A stretch of 64,000 bases of DNA from Octopus vulgaris (GCA_951406725.2 OX597815.1:103974001-104038000); one strand, 5' to 3'. Counted from the first letter of the stretch, positions 41,490 to 55,039 are shown. The notes: generated by a model from the sequence alone, not told the origin. Numbers and translations: made by a program.

Positions 41490-42105
41490 ACCACCTGTTA
41501 GGATTTGCTAAGTCCTTTTTAAGTCAAGTTTTGGGGTATCATGGTCCTTTAGAGTAGTTCTTGCTGAGTGAGTTGTATCCAGGTATAGATAGCTTAGCTG
41601 GTATTCCTCGAAAAATTCGTCCAGATTCCCTTTAAATGTGACGGTACTTTTTTCCTCTTTGATCTGTTTGAAGACAATGTTAAATAGGGCAGGGCCAGTT
41701 AAAAAAAAAGAAATTGTGTTGCAGTGTATTTATGTGTTGTCATCCTGAATTGAGTAGGGACATATGGCTCGCGGTCCTAGTTTTGGATGAATTTTGAAGC
41801 TAATGTTCAGGTCGTTTGGGCAATGCTGGTAGTATATTCTCCACATCGTGCAAATGGTGTACTGCTCACTGCGGCGCTGGAGTGAAAAGCATTTCAATGC
41901 TTTCAGACGGTCCCAATAATTGAGTTCAGTCATGCCCTTAATATTTTTAGTGAATGATCTCTGGGGTGATTCAATTGTCGACATGTTTTTTTTTTGTATG
42001 GGCAGCAGTATTCGAGGTGTGGCGTAGAAAGAAGAAAAGAGGATTGATGGTACTTCGTTCTCTCAACCGGAAGGTTCTTAAGACCCAGATGCTCATCGAC
42101 CTTAC
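41490..42105 (-). mobile_element. CR1/L2-group LINE 3' fragment
   Basis: PHLEYC...[43 protein letters not shown], then GPALFN...FKGNLDEF: classic C-terminal ORF2 motifs. Confidence 0.8.
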
Positions 42106-42140
42106 TTTTATGTGTATGTATATATGTGTGTGTGCTTGTG

Positions 42141-42184
<44 letters not shown>

Positions 42185-42246
42185 GGTATACACATATGTA
42201 TATATATATATATATGTGTGTATGTATATATATATATATATATATA

Positions 42247-42494
42247 TATCTATACAATATGTTACATTACTCGGTAGTCAAGATAAAACTCTGAGTTTCA
42301 GATGCCGAAGTGGAAATCCACAACACCATCTCTTCGGTTAACCGAAGAGATGGTGTTGTGGATTTCCACTTCGGCATCTGAAACTCAGAGTTTTATCTTG
42401 ACTACCGAGTAATGTAACATATTGTATAGATAAATTTCCTCTATTTACATAATATTGAGGTCTTTTTCTTTCTTTTGTTATCTTACCGTTTTAT

Positions 42495-42497
<3 letters not shown>
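42247..42497 (+). mobile_element. Perfect 186-bp palindrome plus tail in (TA)n; PLE-type terminus with a variant hammerhead
   Basis: 42247-42432 is a perfect inverted repeat centred at ggtt|aacc (42339/42340), followed by a unique tail to ~42497, with (TA)n on both sides. Confidence 0.72.
42339..42397 (+). ncRNA. Hammerhead-like motif, variant core (CCGAAGA)
   Basis: taa-CCGAAGA-gatg...gtgg/ccac...catc.t-GAAA-ctc.a.gag-TT-tta. U4 is replaced by C and stem I is truncated by the inversion. A mirror copy lies on the minus strand. Confidence 0.5.
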
Positions 42498-42537
<40 letters not shown>

Positions 42538-42583
42538 AGGTGGTAAGGGATGTTAATATATTTATTTAAACACTTTTCACACT

Positions 42584-42730
42584 TAGGATTACGGCTGTTT
42601 CGTAGGCTTAATAGCAATTTCAGTGTATAATAAATTATGTTTACATGCCTGCATTAATATACATGCTACACATTTTACAATACAATTTTCACAAATCAAT
42701 GCAGTTAAAGAAACTCATCAGATGACTAGA
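42584..42730 (-). ncRNA. Degenerate minimal hammerhead with a ~110-nt stem II
   Basis: Minus strand reads tagtcat-CTGATGA-gt...ac-GAAA-c.agcc.g-TA-atccta, ~45 nt upstream of a (TA)n junction. Stem I is imperfect. Confidence 0.45.
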
Positions 42731-43799
42731 ACACCATGATTACACTAATGATTCATCTCTAAGTACACATACAAAAGTTTCTCCTCATATAGACAATGTA
42801 AAGAAGACCGTTAAAATTAGCTTGGTGTGGTTAGTAAAAATAAAGAAATGTTGTTTCATTTCAATTTAGGTGTTGGATGTAATTTCAGGGAATTGACCAT
42901 TCTTAATGTTAGCAAAAACTAAGAAGGGATAAAGAGAAGGAGTAAAATAGTTATAGTAAACAAATAGCTTTAAAAAAAACATGACTGAATTCAATAGGAA
43001 ACAGGAACAAACAGTTGTAGATATAAAGATTAAACCAAGAGATAGTATTGAACAGCAGTAAATTTCAAATGGGGTTAAAAGATAAAAAGTCCACACAGTA
43101 AAGATTATGGATCTTAACTTTAAACACATTTCCTAATCACATTTCAAAATAACTTTGTCGTGTGCTTATATGTAAGCATGAGGTTTTTCTTTTGTCTTGT
43201 TTTGTTCTTTTTTGTTTTTTATTCTTTTGGGATAGAACATATTTTGCCACCCACCAACTGATGTAAGTTGGTATGAGTAAACTGCTTCATGTTTATGGAA
43301 TGTTTTTAGCATCTATTTTGGAAGGTCTATATTGGCTTAGGATACCTTTCAGTTTGAGTCTAAGACACTCTCACCACCAACCTGGTCTTCATCCTTATTT
43401 TATATATAATTTTTATTCTCGGATTCCTTGAAGAAACGATTTAGACAAGGATTCTGCTCTTCTACCGATTTTCTACTATCTTCTTTGCTTGTGACTTGCT
43501 TTCGTCAATTAGCGCGATTAATTTTCTTTTGAAGCCACAAGGGTTCAAAAGTTATGAACATTCCAGGAGGAGGCTTGTACATCTTCAAAGAAGAGGGGTA
43601 TCCTTTCATAGAAGGTAGTTTCATCTTCAACGAAAGACGTTTTCTCTTAATGGTAGTTGTACGCCCCTCATACATTTTAGTGCGCTTTTCGATTGTTTTC
43701 TTTTGTATTTTCTTCTTTTTATTTAAAAGCGTCGTCTGATCACCTTCAGTTTGTCTGGTGCCCATACTCGTATGTGTATGGAAGATTACTACTTTGAGG

Positions 43800-45050
43800 G
43801 AACTCATCCTGATCGGTTGTGTGTTGCTGTTGTGATTCTCATTGCCTCTGCCGGCTGTATCTGACTGACATAGTTCTTAGGGTTCTTAAATAAGTCCTAG
43901 TCATGGAGACGTGATATTTATGATCTGTTGGGACACTGCATTTCCTTATGCAACCATTATATACTGAAAAGTATCTTAAACGTTTTTATAAGCCAATATT
44001 ATGTTCTACTGTGTTGGAGGTGCTATTACATGTTAAGGTTAACTCTATGGAAATCACAGCCAGCACTATGGCTATCTAAGCAATGTATTTCTGGGTGATT
44101 AATGAGTGATTAATGAGTTGGATGGGTGCTGATGAAGAGGCAAAAATCTCCCGGAATATGACATATATGCCCATTACCCATTTTTCATCCTCGATCTCAT
44201 TGTTTACACCAGGCGTCTCGCATACGAATCGTCGTAACAAAACCAATGCTGAATATAATTTCTATAAAAAATCTGTCGAGATAGCCTTAACAAGATACGT
44301 GACAGTGATTTTATATAACGTGTGCCTGCTACATAGATAAGACAGGGTAAGCTTCCGTTACATTGATAATACATAGAAATAATACCCGGCTCTTCTCGTA
44401 CACCTGTGTGACAGAATCTTGTACGCTGGCGTCTTTCCTAGGAACAAAATGCTTCCACCCTTAAGTTTTGTTTGCCAAAATATTTAATACATAAGGCTTT
44501 CTCTTTTGCAAATACCAAATACAGAAATCTTAATGTTATTGATTGCCTTCATTCTTCTCAACAGCACCCTTGATTCTTTTCTCTCCTATACTTTTAAGTC
44601 ATTCGTTCCTTTCTCATTTGAGCTTTTGATCTCACAATGTGTTGTTACTGAGTTACACAATGTGTCCCATTAAATATTAAACATAAGAAAAATGTGATAA
44701 ACTCCATTGCACAAACCTATGCGACTCTACTCACCTTTACGTCATCTCAGCATCTTCGTCCATGTTCTGGTAACTGCAATTTGTCGGTTAATATTCATGA
44801 TGCCATATTCTCAGCCCTCGCGTTGAAGCTTTGTCAAGTAAAGATTTATTTTTGCATTATTTAAGCTTTAATCGAACTTATTTCATGCAGCAACATGTTC
44901 CGTTTTCAACTTCAGTTGTTTGCATTTACCATGTTTTGTTCAGTTTAGTCGCTTTGTAGCCTATTATATATCGTCTCCTGCATAAAACATTTCATTAAAA
45001 AAAAATATTCTTGTCATATTTCTTTTCTTCCATGGAGATTTGATTTATTC
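43800..45050 (-). mobile_element. Very decayed non-LTR (R4/Dong-like) ORF remnant, upstream-of-RT region
   Basis: Scattered motif remnants in the expected order on the minus strand (FYA.., W..RQIAVTRTW, VEAF, TPGVN.I). Heavily interrupted and read by eye. Confidence 0.3.
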
Positions 45051-46432
45051 ATCGGCATATTCCCGTTTAATTTACTATCTTACAGTTTATATCCTGCTGA
45101 CAGATTTGAATTTCTGTTCATTAGTTTGCATCATCTCATTGATTGCCTGTTGTGGCTGATATTGTTTAACTCAAATCTAAAGTCATGAACATTCAAACCT
45201 TTTGTATTTCAGAGACTTCGTTTACCAATTGTCTTCTATTGGTGTAATTTGAGGGAAACTTTACTTTAGTCTAGCTGGTCTAGAAACTACCTAGTGGCTA
45301 CTTTATGTGTTTTGCTGAGCAAAGTAATGATTTCGAAATATCCCATAATTATTCATTCACATTCTCTATACTAACTCTGGTAAACTAAATCACATACATA
45401 ATACCATGCTATTCAGTTTAACCACAATCCATAAACGTTTTCTATATAATTATGTTGATATTTTGTTTATATCAATTTCAGTCTAAGAGAAATTGAGCCA
45501 CAACAATCCTTCCTTTCAATAAATAAATATAAATAGAAACTGGTTATATTATTCTGTGCCTCTAGGAAGTAAACAGACTTGTCAAATTATTTTATTTCCT
45601 TCCAGGCAATGCACAGTTCTGTTATTTTCAGTATTGTTATGCTCAAATAGAAGAATTCTGGATTACTCCTAACGCTACGACATACCCTTGTCTACCAATG
45701 GTATCACTCATAAAATTTAAAACAATAGTCTTGAAATATGGACACCCAATATAAGAGTCTCTCTATGACTACACAACCAGTTATTAAAAAAGAGATCCAA
45801 ATCGAATCATTAGATAAGGAGTTTTACGTTGGGTTATATTGTAAAATCATTGTTAGAACTTTAAAATCATTAAAATCTCAGTTTATGAAAACTATCCATT
45901 AGCTTAACAGTATCAATTTTTCGATCATTATTTCAGAATTAAGTTTCAATTTCATAATTTGTCACGTGAGAACCCATTAGGTTTTTCCAAATGGGATGGC
46001 GAACAATTCTGTATTTTAACAAAGAATAACTATCCATTGATGAATGCAATGTAATAACATTTCTTCCTTTTCACTGGCACATGCTTCTTGGTCGCCAGTT
46101 TTAATATGAAAATGCATGTACCAATTCATATAGAACCCATTCATTTCTACGCGTCTTAGAATTACAATGCATTATATCTTAGAATTTGTTGTTGCCCGAA
46201 TTTTCTGGTTGAGTCTCTTGGGTTCATTTCTTGTTGATTGAATGAGTTCAATGTATAAATAGATTCGTCAATAATTTCGAAAACGCAAGGTGGGATATGA
46301 ATTTGTATATATGTATGCATGTATGTATACATATTTGTGTGATTTTTGATACATAAACAGAAGAGGTATTGATTGCTTGTAAAAAAAAGTTTAGCTATTC
46401 GTTTGATATTCATGATTTATTTCGTTGCTGCG

Positions 46433-46433
<1 letters not shown>

Positions 46434-46502
<69 letters not shown>

Positions 46503-46554
46503 ACACACTCACACACACACACACACTCACACACACACACATACACACACACAC
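46434..46554. repeat. (CA)n microsatellite
   Basis: Directly visible. Confidence 0.95.
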
Positions 46555-47714
46555 ATATATGGAAAAAATAATTTTATAAAAAACATTTCAGTACCGGTTT
46601 CAGTCATTGAGACTTTTCTACTGTATGTATGGAAAACAATTAAATTTTGGAAAAATTAAAAGAAAAGTTTTTTTAAAAGAAAATTTGCTTAGTGTTCAAA
46701 TACAAGTGGCATTTTTTCTTGTTTCTGCCTGTTTCTGTCTCTGTTGTTTACTCTTGTGGGTTCAAGGTTATTGTGCTCATATACGCTCATCTTTTCATCT
46801 GATGATACGTTGCGGTAGAGTCGTGCAACGTCTTTGGGCATGTATTCTGGGTTACCAGAATATTCAAAGAGCTGCCTTCCAAGTCTTATAATGTTACCAG
46901 CCTCATGTATGCAAACTTGGTCAAGCGATGTACTTCGACACTTGGTGGACCTCGAACGCACAAGAAAGAAGCCAGCAACTATCTTAGCCAAGTTTTCCAG
47001 CACAAAAACAACAATATCATTAGGGTAGTTAACCCTTACTCTGCGGGAAAAGGTTGTATTAATTATGTGCCAAAAAGGAATAAAAAGCCCAAAATCTTTT
47101 TTCTTTCTGAAGGGTACTTTTTTATTCATTTTCACTTCAAATGTGTGCAAAATCTATGAAAATGATCATTCACCTCTTTTACATAATAAGAATAAAAACA
47201 AAAGGTCAATAAAATCATTTGAATATATATTCATTTGAGATTCCCGCATTGTTGTTGTCAAAATGATGTGCAAATCGGTGCAAATTTTTCATCCATAACT
47301 ACTTGAAGTGTCAATTTCTTTTGTGCCATCATCACCATCTATCTCATATGAAGATAAAGGGAAGTCAGAAAAACTTCTTCATCATTGTATAAATCTTTCA
47401 TTTGCAATTTGATTTCTGACATCAACAAGAGCTGCTTACGCTTAGGCACATTTGACGAAGTAAATGCTCCGGCATTAGTTGATGATGGCTGGATCTATGA
47501 ACAATTTTTGAAGCATCAATTGATGATGTCTGTTGTTCTCTAATGAAACATCAGTTAATGATGTTCACCACTTTATGGTTAATGGACATGAGAAAAGTCA
47601 TGAATAACTGCTGATGCAAAGTTCTTCCCAAAGAGCATTGATAGGTTTTGTTTATCAGGATTTTGTTTAAGAAATGGACTAGCAGGAGTACTTGGCACGA
47701 AGTACACAAATCAC

Positions 47715-48410
47715 AGAGGAAATGAATTACATCAAAAGTTTATGATATCCCACTATGAAGGCTACCTCCATGTAAGTCGAGCACAAGAGGATCCTTACCA
47801 AGTACTTGCAGCATAAAAGTTTGAAAACATTGATGGACAACAAATGTTCGCTGCGCAAAACTAAAGCTGAAAGCACTGACCACATTGTTACCATCTGCGA
47901 GAGAATGTTTACTAGATGATATCTTTCCGCGAGTGTGGTGCGGGGAAAAGAGCAGTCTGGAACAGAATAAGAAGGAACTTACCAGCAGACAAACTATATT
48001 GACTATATTGAGCTTGGTGAGTCAAAAGAGATTGGCGGAACTTAAAAATTAAAGCACTCGCCAAGTTAAAATACAACAGGACAAATATCCTTCTACAGGA
48101 CCACGAGAAAAAAGTATATTCTATTGTGGAAATTTGCTGCACTCTGGTCATCAATGAAGTTAGAAAATGCAGGAGGAATACAACAACTAAGGGCCATTGA
48201 TAAAGATTTTGCAAGTCTAGTACTCATGATGCACTTTCAGTTTTATAACTATTGTTCATGGAACAACGGAACACGTGCCAACCCGTCTTGAGCAAAGTAC
48301 AGATGACTTTGGGTTCTTGGGGAGAGAGTGTAACTCCTCGTTTCATTTACTACAAATGATCACAATATCTAGGAGTACAAAATCTACAAGACCGTAAAAT
48401 TTAAAGGATG
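47715..48410 (+). pseudogene. R4/Dong/NeSL-type LINE C-terminal fragment (CCHC finger plus restriction-like endonuclease)
   Basis: SHYEGYLH..AQE, then CSLRKTKAESTDHIVTICE (from 47845; CX2CX7HX4C remnant), then KLKYNRTNILLQDHEKKVYSIVEICCTLVIN (HNRPD..D...E..CP.D.N remnant). Confidence 0.72.
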
Positions 48411-50524
48411 AGCTGAAGACGATGCTTTCCTTCACAACAGTGCTACCAAATATATGTCCGGTTAAAATTAATTCTAAATTAAAACCCGAGAGAGAAAGCA
48501 TTTATAATAGTATTAGACTAGTTTCATTCAGTGAATTGCATCTATGCTTGGACACCGCCTTCAGAAAGCTTAAGTGGATCCTTGAGATCTAATATTTATT
48601 TTAGTTTAATATATATTTTATCTATGAGTTTGTTTTGCAACACTCCTGATGTGAATTCGTGTGCTGAAACACGAATATTGTTATATTTCGGGTCGGTCAT
48701 TTATTTTTGCCGAACTTCGTTCTTCACAACTCCTTTATTAATACCAGTATATGCCAATTATTCAATATTCACAGATACCATCTGATGAGTTAGTATTTAA
48801 GTGTACAATATGTATAAATATTAAACTATTTCTAGATAATTTCTTTTCCTCCCATTATTGTGGTAAAAGTTTGATATATACTCAAAAGTATTCATAAATT
48901 TCTATCCTTTTGTTATAATATTCTAATTAATAATCCTTTGAATAACCCTAAACTTTAACTGTATACAATATAGCAACATTGTTTAAAATATATAACTGTA
49001 GTACTACATGATAAGACTTCTCCTGTTTCATTATCAATGGTCTGCTTGTGAGCGACCCCCTTAATTATCAGCTAACATCTTGTTATATGTTTTCTTTTAC
49101 CAAACCTCATGATATTGCTTCTAATAAATCTTGATTTTTATGACTATACCAACTATGATGTATGTCTGCTCCCTCAGCCCTACCCCTAACAGATACTGCC
49201 CTCTGTTCTCTCAGTCTTAGATATACAAGGGATTTCATAAACTAGTCTATAAATTAAAATGACCCCATAAAACAAAACATCAGTGACAGGCAGAGTCTGT
49301 AACAATGTATATCTTGAAAATTCAGTAACTTCTAAACTGGGGTGAGGCAGCATGTTCTTTGTCTATCTCCTTAACTTCTTGGAGATTTTAGGTATAATTA
49401 TACTAATGTGCAGCTGAAGATTGCTCTGCATTTTAAATTGATGTAATGAAATGATTGCAATGTTCAATTAATTGGAGTTGCATGAAACGATCATACTGCA
49501 TTACCTCTGGATATCCTTGTTGCTTATTTTGATTTTAATCACCTTACTTTGAAATTGTATGGATAATACCATACTAAATTCTGGTGCCTCAACTTATGTA
49601 CCAAATATTCATCTGAATCTAAATTTTTGCTGAACTCATCTACCATACCCAAAGTATATATATATATATATATGCGTATAGCGATAGTTATGTACACATA
49701 TATATAGAATCAATGCGTATACTTGAATGTATGGAGATGTGTTCTGGTTTATCCATACGCTTACACACATATAACCACTCCATCTTCGTTCGTCACTTTC
49801 AAATTTATCTATCAACAATAATTGTATCTATGTATGCGTGTATGGATTTATCTACTTTGGAGAAGTACATCTGCGTGACAGTGCCTGAACTATCCTCTCC
49901 CACTGGTTGTCTCCCTTACAATTGCTTCTCAATTTCAGTACTTCTCTCGCTACTTTAACTTCTTTCTTTACTCATCAGCATAAAGCACATTAACTTTCGC
50001 ATGCCTCCTCCAACTTTTAAAATATATCATGTAACACTGAGTTTCAAAAATTATAAAATATACGTGTGTGCGCGTGTGTACGTGTGTGCTTGCGTGTGTG
50101 TGCGTGCATGTGTGTGGGGGGCGAGTGTGTGGGGGGGATGAGTGTGTGTGTGTGTACACTAAGAGACACAGACAGAGATTGATTGAATGTCAGATATTTT
50201 GAAGTAAAAATCATAGACAGTAGACAATGGTAATTAGACAGTGAAAAAGAAATGTTCTGGTTATAGTGTCTCGCAGAACATTCGTTGAGATTTTAAAATA
50301 AAGAACCTAATGGAAGTCCGGAGACTAAAAGAAATTGGTCTTAAAGGTTAAGATTAATATAATTTGGAAGAAAATAGGTAATTTCTTTTTCTTTTTTGTT
50401 TTAATAATAAAGTGAAAGAAAAATAAGAAAACGAATATTGCAACACTGGAGAAAAGAATATTGATTAAAGAATGTAAAGAATTGAATTTAAATAAAATAA
50501 TACAGCTAATGAGAAAATTATTTG

Positions 50525-50573
<49 letters not shown>

Positions 50574-50575
<2 letters not shown>

Positions 50576-50683
50576 CATGCTCGCTTAGCCAGCGGGGTGG
50601 CGTCATTAGAAGGCTAAAACAATGCGAACGCATTGTGACCAGCGATGTGTAACAGCATCTGATGGTCTGGTCGGTCACGTGAT

Positions 50684-50690
<7 letters not shown>
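50574..50690 (+). mobile_element. Short retroelement 3'-tail fragment inside (TA)n (RTE-like by recall)
   Basis: GC-balanced 117-bp island ending ggtcacgtgatcacgtga, directly abutting (TA)n on both sides. Family assignment is from memory only. Confidence 0.45.
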
Positions 50691-50726
<36 letters not shown>

Positions 50727-53199
50727 TTTGAAGTCTTGCACGATACACTTGGTTTTTGATTAGACAGACAGATGGGTAGAAAAGTTAAATTCCGTAAAGC
50801 AAATCTCATATTTCATTGTCTTTCATATTGCATTCGTCTCAAAGAACATAGCTGTGAATTTGAAATATGCCTCGAATAACAAAATTACTGGTTTTCTGTC
50901 ACGATTTTCAGTTACAAGGCACAAGGCATGGTATGTATTCTGTGTGCGTGTATGTGTGTTTGTGAGCATGACGTGAGAGTATGAGAATAAACAAAGACAG
51001 ACTGACAGACAGACAGAGTAGGACAAAACAAATTAAATGGGAAGAAAGTAGGAAAAGTAGAAAAAGCAGAGCATATAAATATAACATTTTGTAAAGTTTG
51101 GAGTTAACTTCGTATATTGGACATATATTTTCTCACCAGCGTTTCGTTGTAGGAAACGAGAGAATAACTCTTATAGTATATATACTTATCCCCTAAATAT
51201 ATTATAACAAACAACATTATTTGAATATTTTCATTTGTTATTGTGCTTTCATAGCTATTTAAAATATTATCTCAACCCAAAGTAATATATATTTCTGGGT
51301 GATGTACCTGGATAGTGTTTTTTGTAAAACAGACAAAAGCATTCATGTAGTTGAATTCAGTCTCTGCAACTGAGATGGAGTTTGTATTATTCTTTTACGT
51401 TTTTACTGGTATCAGTCATTGGACAACGGATATACTGGATCCTGCTTCGGAGGCTTTAGTCGATAACACAGATTTCAATTCGCATTTCAGTCAAGTATTT
51501 ATTTTATCGCTTCCATTTCTTGAATCTCTTATGGCTAGAAGGATATTGAGCTTAACTTGATAACCAGCTGATCTAGCAAGCGGGGCCTCATATCAGTGAG
51601 GGGGGCCGGTGCGCATTGATGCCGTCGAGAGGTAGGCCTCGAAACGGCGCGCATTCTCCCCTGATGACCCCATACACTTGCTGGCTTCTGGTATACGGAG
51701 CTTTTGACTGGTAGCACTTCCATGTGCAAGTTGTTTGCAAGACATCGAAGTGAATAAAATATCGCGTGTTTCAGTCGATGCAAATATAAACACAGATACT
51801 GAAACAGAGACGCGCGTACACGTATACAGGCACAAACACACACAGATACATATATACACATGCATATAAACGTACACACACTCGTATATAATATACATGT
51901 GTGTATGTATGTATGTATGTATGTATGTGCGTGTGTGCTTGTGTGTGTGTGTGTACATGTGTGTGTAAACAAATAGAGGCATATCAAATATCATACTATA
52001 TAAGTTCTTGTTTTAATAAAATCATTAAAAAACGGAACATGTTGGGGTTAGGTAATTTGCATAATTTATACAAAAATCTGACTAGTGGCATGCACTTGAA
52101 CAACATAGACGTAGAAAACATAGACGAATACAGGTATATAAAATACAACATAACGTAAATTCTTGATATTAAATTTACCTCCACCTGTAGAAGATATGTC
52201 ACAGTTAACAAATGAAAATTGAGACTAGTTTCAAAGGAAGGAAATTTGGTTAATTTTTTCTGCTCTATCGGCCATATCAGCCTGATAGTTGTCCTACTTT
52301 ATCTCCAGTATATAAAAAAAACTTAGGCATATCTAAAAAGCTAAAAAATACACACACACATGTATACACTTATATGGTTGTTATATTGTTTATAACTTTT
52401 GATTCTATTGTTTGATCGCTGGGTTGATCTCTTATGCCCATATATTAAAGAGTTGTCGAAGAACGTTTATTTCATAGGTTGGTTATTTGTGTTGTTTTGC
52501 CTCAAGTCTGTTATTGTTTTCTTTATATAAACTTATGTACCAAAATCAATTTGTTGTTTTAAGGAGTATTTTCTTCTTGAACGAGCCATGATTTTTGAAA
52601 TGCACAGCAGTCACGTTTTTATGAAAATAATTTTTGTTTTGGTATTAGAAATGGTTTTAATCCATAATTCGTTGATTACATTTCTTGTTCTTCTTGTCCT
52701 GTGTGTAAGTCGCTGTATGATTCTTTTAGAAATGCTTGCTTTTTCTGTCCGTTGGTCAGAGTCATAATATCCTGTACTTTGTCAAATTAGAAAATTATTG
52801 TTTAATGGTTAAGTGATTTTGTTAGTAAAGAATAAAATTTCTTTCTTTATATATACGAGTTTTTATATGCATACATGCGTATAACGTTTCGTGTTCATGG
52901 TTCGAATTATGTGATTGAGAATAAGCGGAAGCCCTCTAGTAATGCTTGCATGTATATGTGCACATGTATATATGATGCTAAACTTGACCTTTCTACCATC
53001 CAATTGATGTGATAACTCCATGTTTTCGCTGACAAAACTGTTGTAATTCTGTCGGTGCATAAGTTGTTTACAATTGCGAACATTTTTAGAACGTTTTTGA
53101 TGTCAGTAACATGGTGTGATCAAATTTCTCCTGTTTAGCAAAGGTATATGTTATAGGATTATAAATTTTTCCTGTTTAGCAAGGGCATATATTATAGGA

Positions 53200-53460
53200 T
53201 TGTATTGTACGTACACACAGCGTATATCTCAGAACCGGGAGGTGCAGAGTCCCTTTTATGCTTGTGCTTTTTCAAGGATGTTGAATTTCTTCTGTTCCTA
53301 TTTCGAAAGAGAACGTATGTTTCTGTATTGAACTTTGAAGATTCAACAGCATACGCTGTTGTATTTTTCAGATCTGCTTCTATCGTGATAATTGTACTTT
53401 ATAAACTATCTATTTTATGTACTTTCTACTTAATGAACTCGACATTGGTCTGATGTAGTT
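53200..53460 (-). pseudogene. Decayed PLE GIY-YIG fragment
   Basis: Minus strand reads IVYKVQLS...AYA...FKVQYRN(H)TFSF...ILEKAQA, parallel to the GIY-YIG at 2312-2692. Confidence 0.4.
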
Positions 53461-54268
53461 GCGTATGTTCTAGGCTAAATGCTATATAATTCTTCAAATG
53501 GTGTCGTTCAATGTTTGTTGTCGGTAACCTTTGAATTGTTGTCATTTAGTAGCTAATACAACAAAGTAACAAGAACAGCGGAGACCAAACAATAGATTCA
53601 AGTGGTGTGAACAATAAAAGCAAACCCACGCGGATACAAACAAACTAATACACAGAGTAATGACATTTGTCACAGGATAATTGCATGAAACCTATGTCTC
53701 GAGATGGATATATTATTTTAGATATTACAAAACCTCACTATGGTTGAGCTACAGTGTAATGTGGTTGTAAACACGTTACTTTGTTACAATTGACATACGC
53801 ACAAAGGAGGTAGAGGCTCTACTAACAGATCATCGCACGGTTTATTAACCAATCCACAGAGACAACGTACCTGTTTTCCTAATCAACAGCAAGATCATCT
53901 GCTATATAAAGCGGACATAAATTAAATTAGCATGTCTTCTCTGAGGAAGAAGTAATATACTGTAAAGCCTCACCTGAGGCTACACAATAACAGCAAACAC
54001 AACTACAATATACATGGAAAGACAAACAGGAAAAGTACAAAAATCTAACTTTTATTTCGAAGTTATCAACTTGAAATTTTTATTACTGATTAAACTAATA
54101 TTGTTCAGTCCGCTTATTATTATCACTTATTTGTACGAAAGCAAATGATACGATGTTGTATTACCTTATCCAATGTTTTTTTATGTTTGTATTGCCAAAA
54201 TTCATTACGTGCGAAGTAGAATCAATATTACCAGTTTTTCAATTAAGCAAGTACACACACACACACAT

Positions 54269-54343
<75 letters not shown>

Positions 54344-54536
54344 AGTGTCAATAGTTCTGCAACTTGAATCAAGTCAACAGTGTTTGTTTTAAACAGACCT
54401 GATGTATTGATTAATTCACTGATCAGTTTTGTTGTTTTTTTCCCTTTTTTTTTCATAACTATATGAACTTCACTTTTATTGAGTTGTGCAGCTGCATCGC
54501 CAGCTAAGATGAGAACACCTAAATTTCAGACTGCAT

Positions 54537-54577
<41 letters not shown>

Positions 54578-54597
54578 TCTCTCTCTCTCTCTCTCTC

Positions 54598-54973
54598 TTT
54601 TACTCTTTTACTTGTTTCAGTCATTTGACTCCTTTAATCGAGCAACTCGACCCCGGGACTTTTGTAAGCCCAGTACTTGTTCTATCGGTCTCTTTTGCCG
54701 AACCGCTAAGTAACGGGGACATAAACACACCAGCATCGGTTGTCAAGCAATGCTAGGGGGACAAACACAGAAACACAAACACACATACGCATATATATAT
54801 ATATACATATATACGACGGGCTTCTTTCAGTTTCCGTCTACCAAATCCACTCACAAGGCTTTGGTCGGCCCTAGGCTATAGTAGAAGACACTTGCCCAAG
54901 GTGCCATGCAGTGGGACTGAACCTGGAACCATGTAGTTAGTAAACAAGGTACTTACCACACAGCCACTCCTGC

Positions 54974-54977
<4 letters not shown>
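54598..54977 (-). mobile_element. tRNA-derived SINE (abundant family), with internal microsatellite
   Basis: Head aggggcaggagtggctgtgtggtaag ... ggttcagtccc ... ttgggcaagtgtcttctactatagcc; near-identical to 60779-61211 and 62570-62735. Confidence 0.88.

Positions 54978-55039
<62 letters not shown>

Noticed and set aside
41452-41500. CTGATGA hammerhead candidate
   Set aside because: No downstream GAAA or stems; it is part of a short tagcaccacctg duplication at the LINE tail.
47029-47500. piggyBac-like end (TTAACCC)
   Set aside because: No matching opposite TIR or transposase motif was found.
51582-51671. Type II/III hammerhead or SECIS
   Set aside because: Stems flanking GAAA and CTGATGA do not pair as required, and there is no AUGA/GA quartet with an apical AA.
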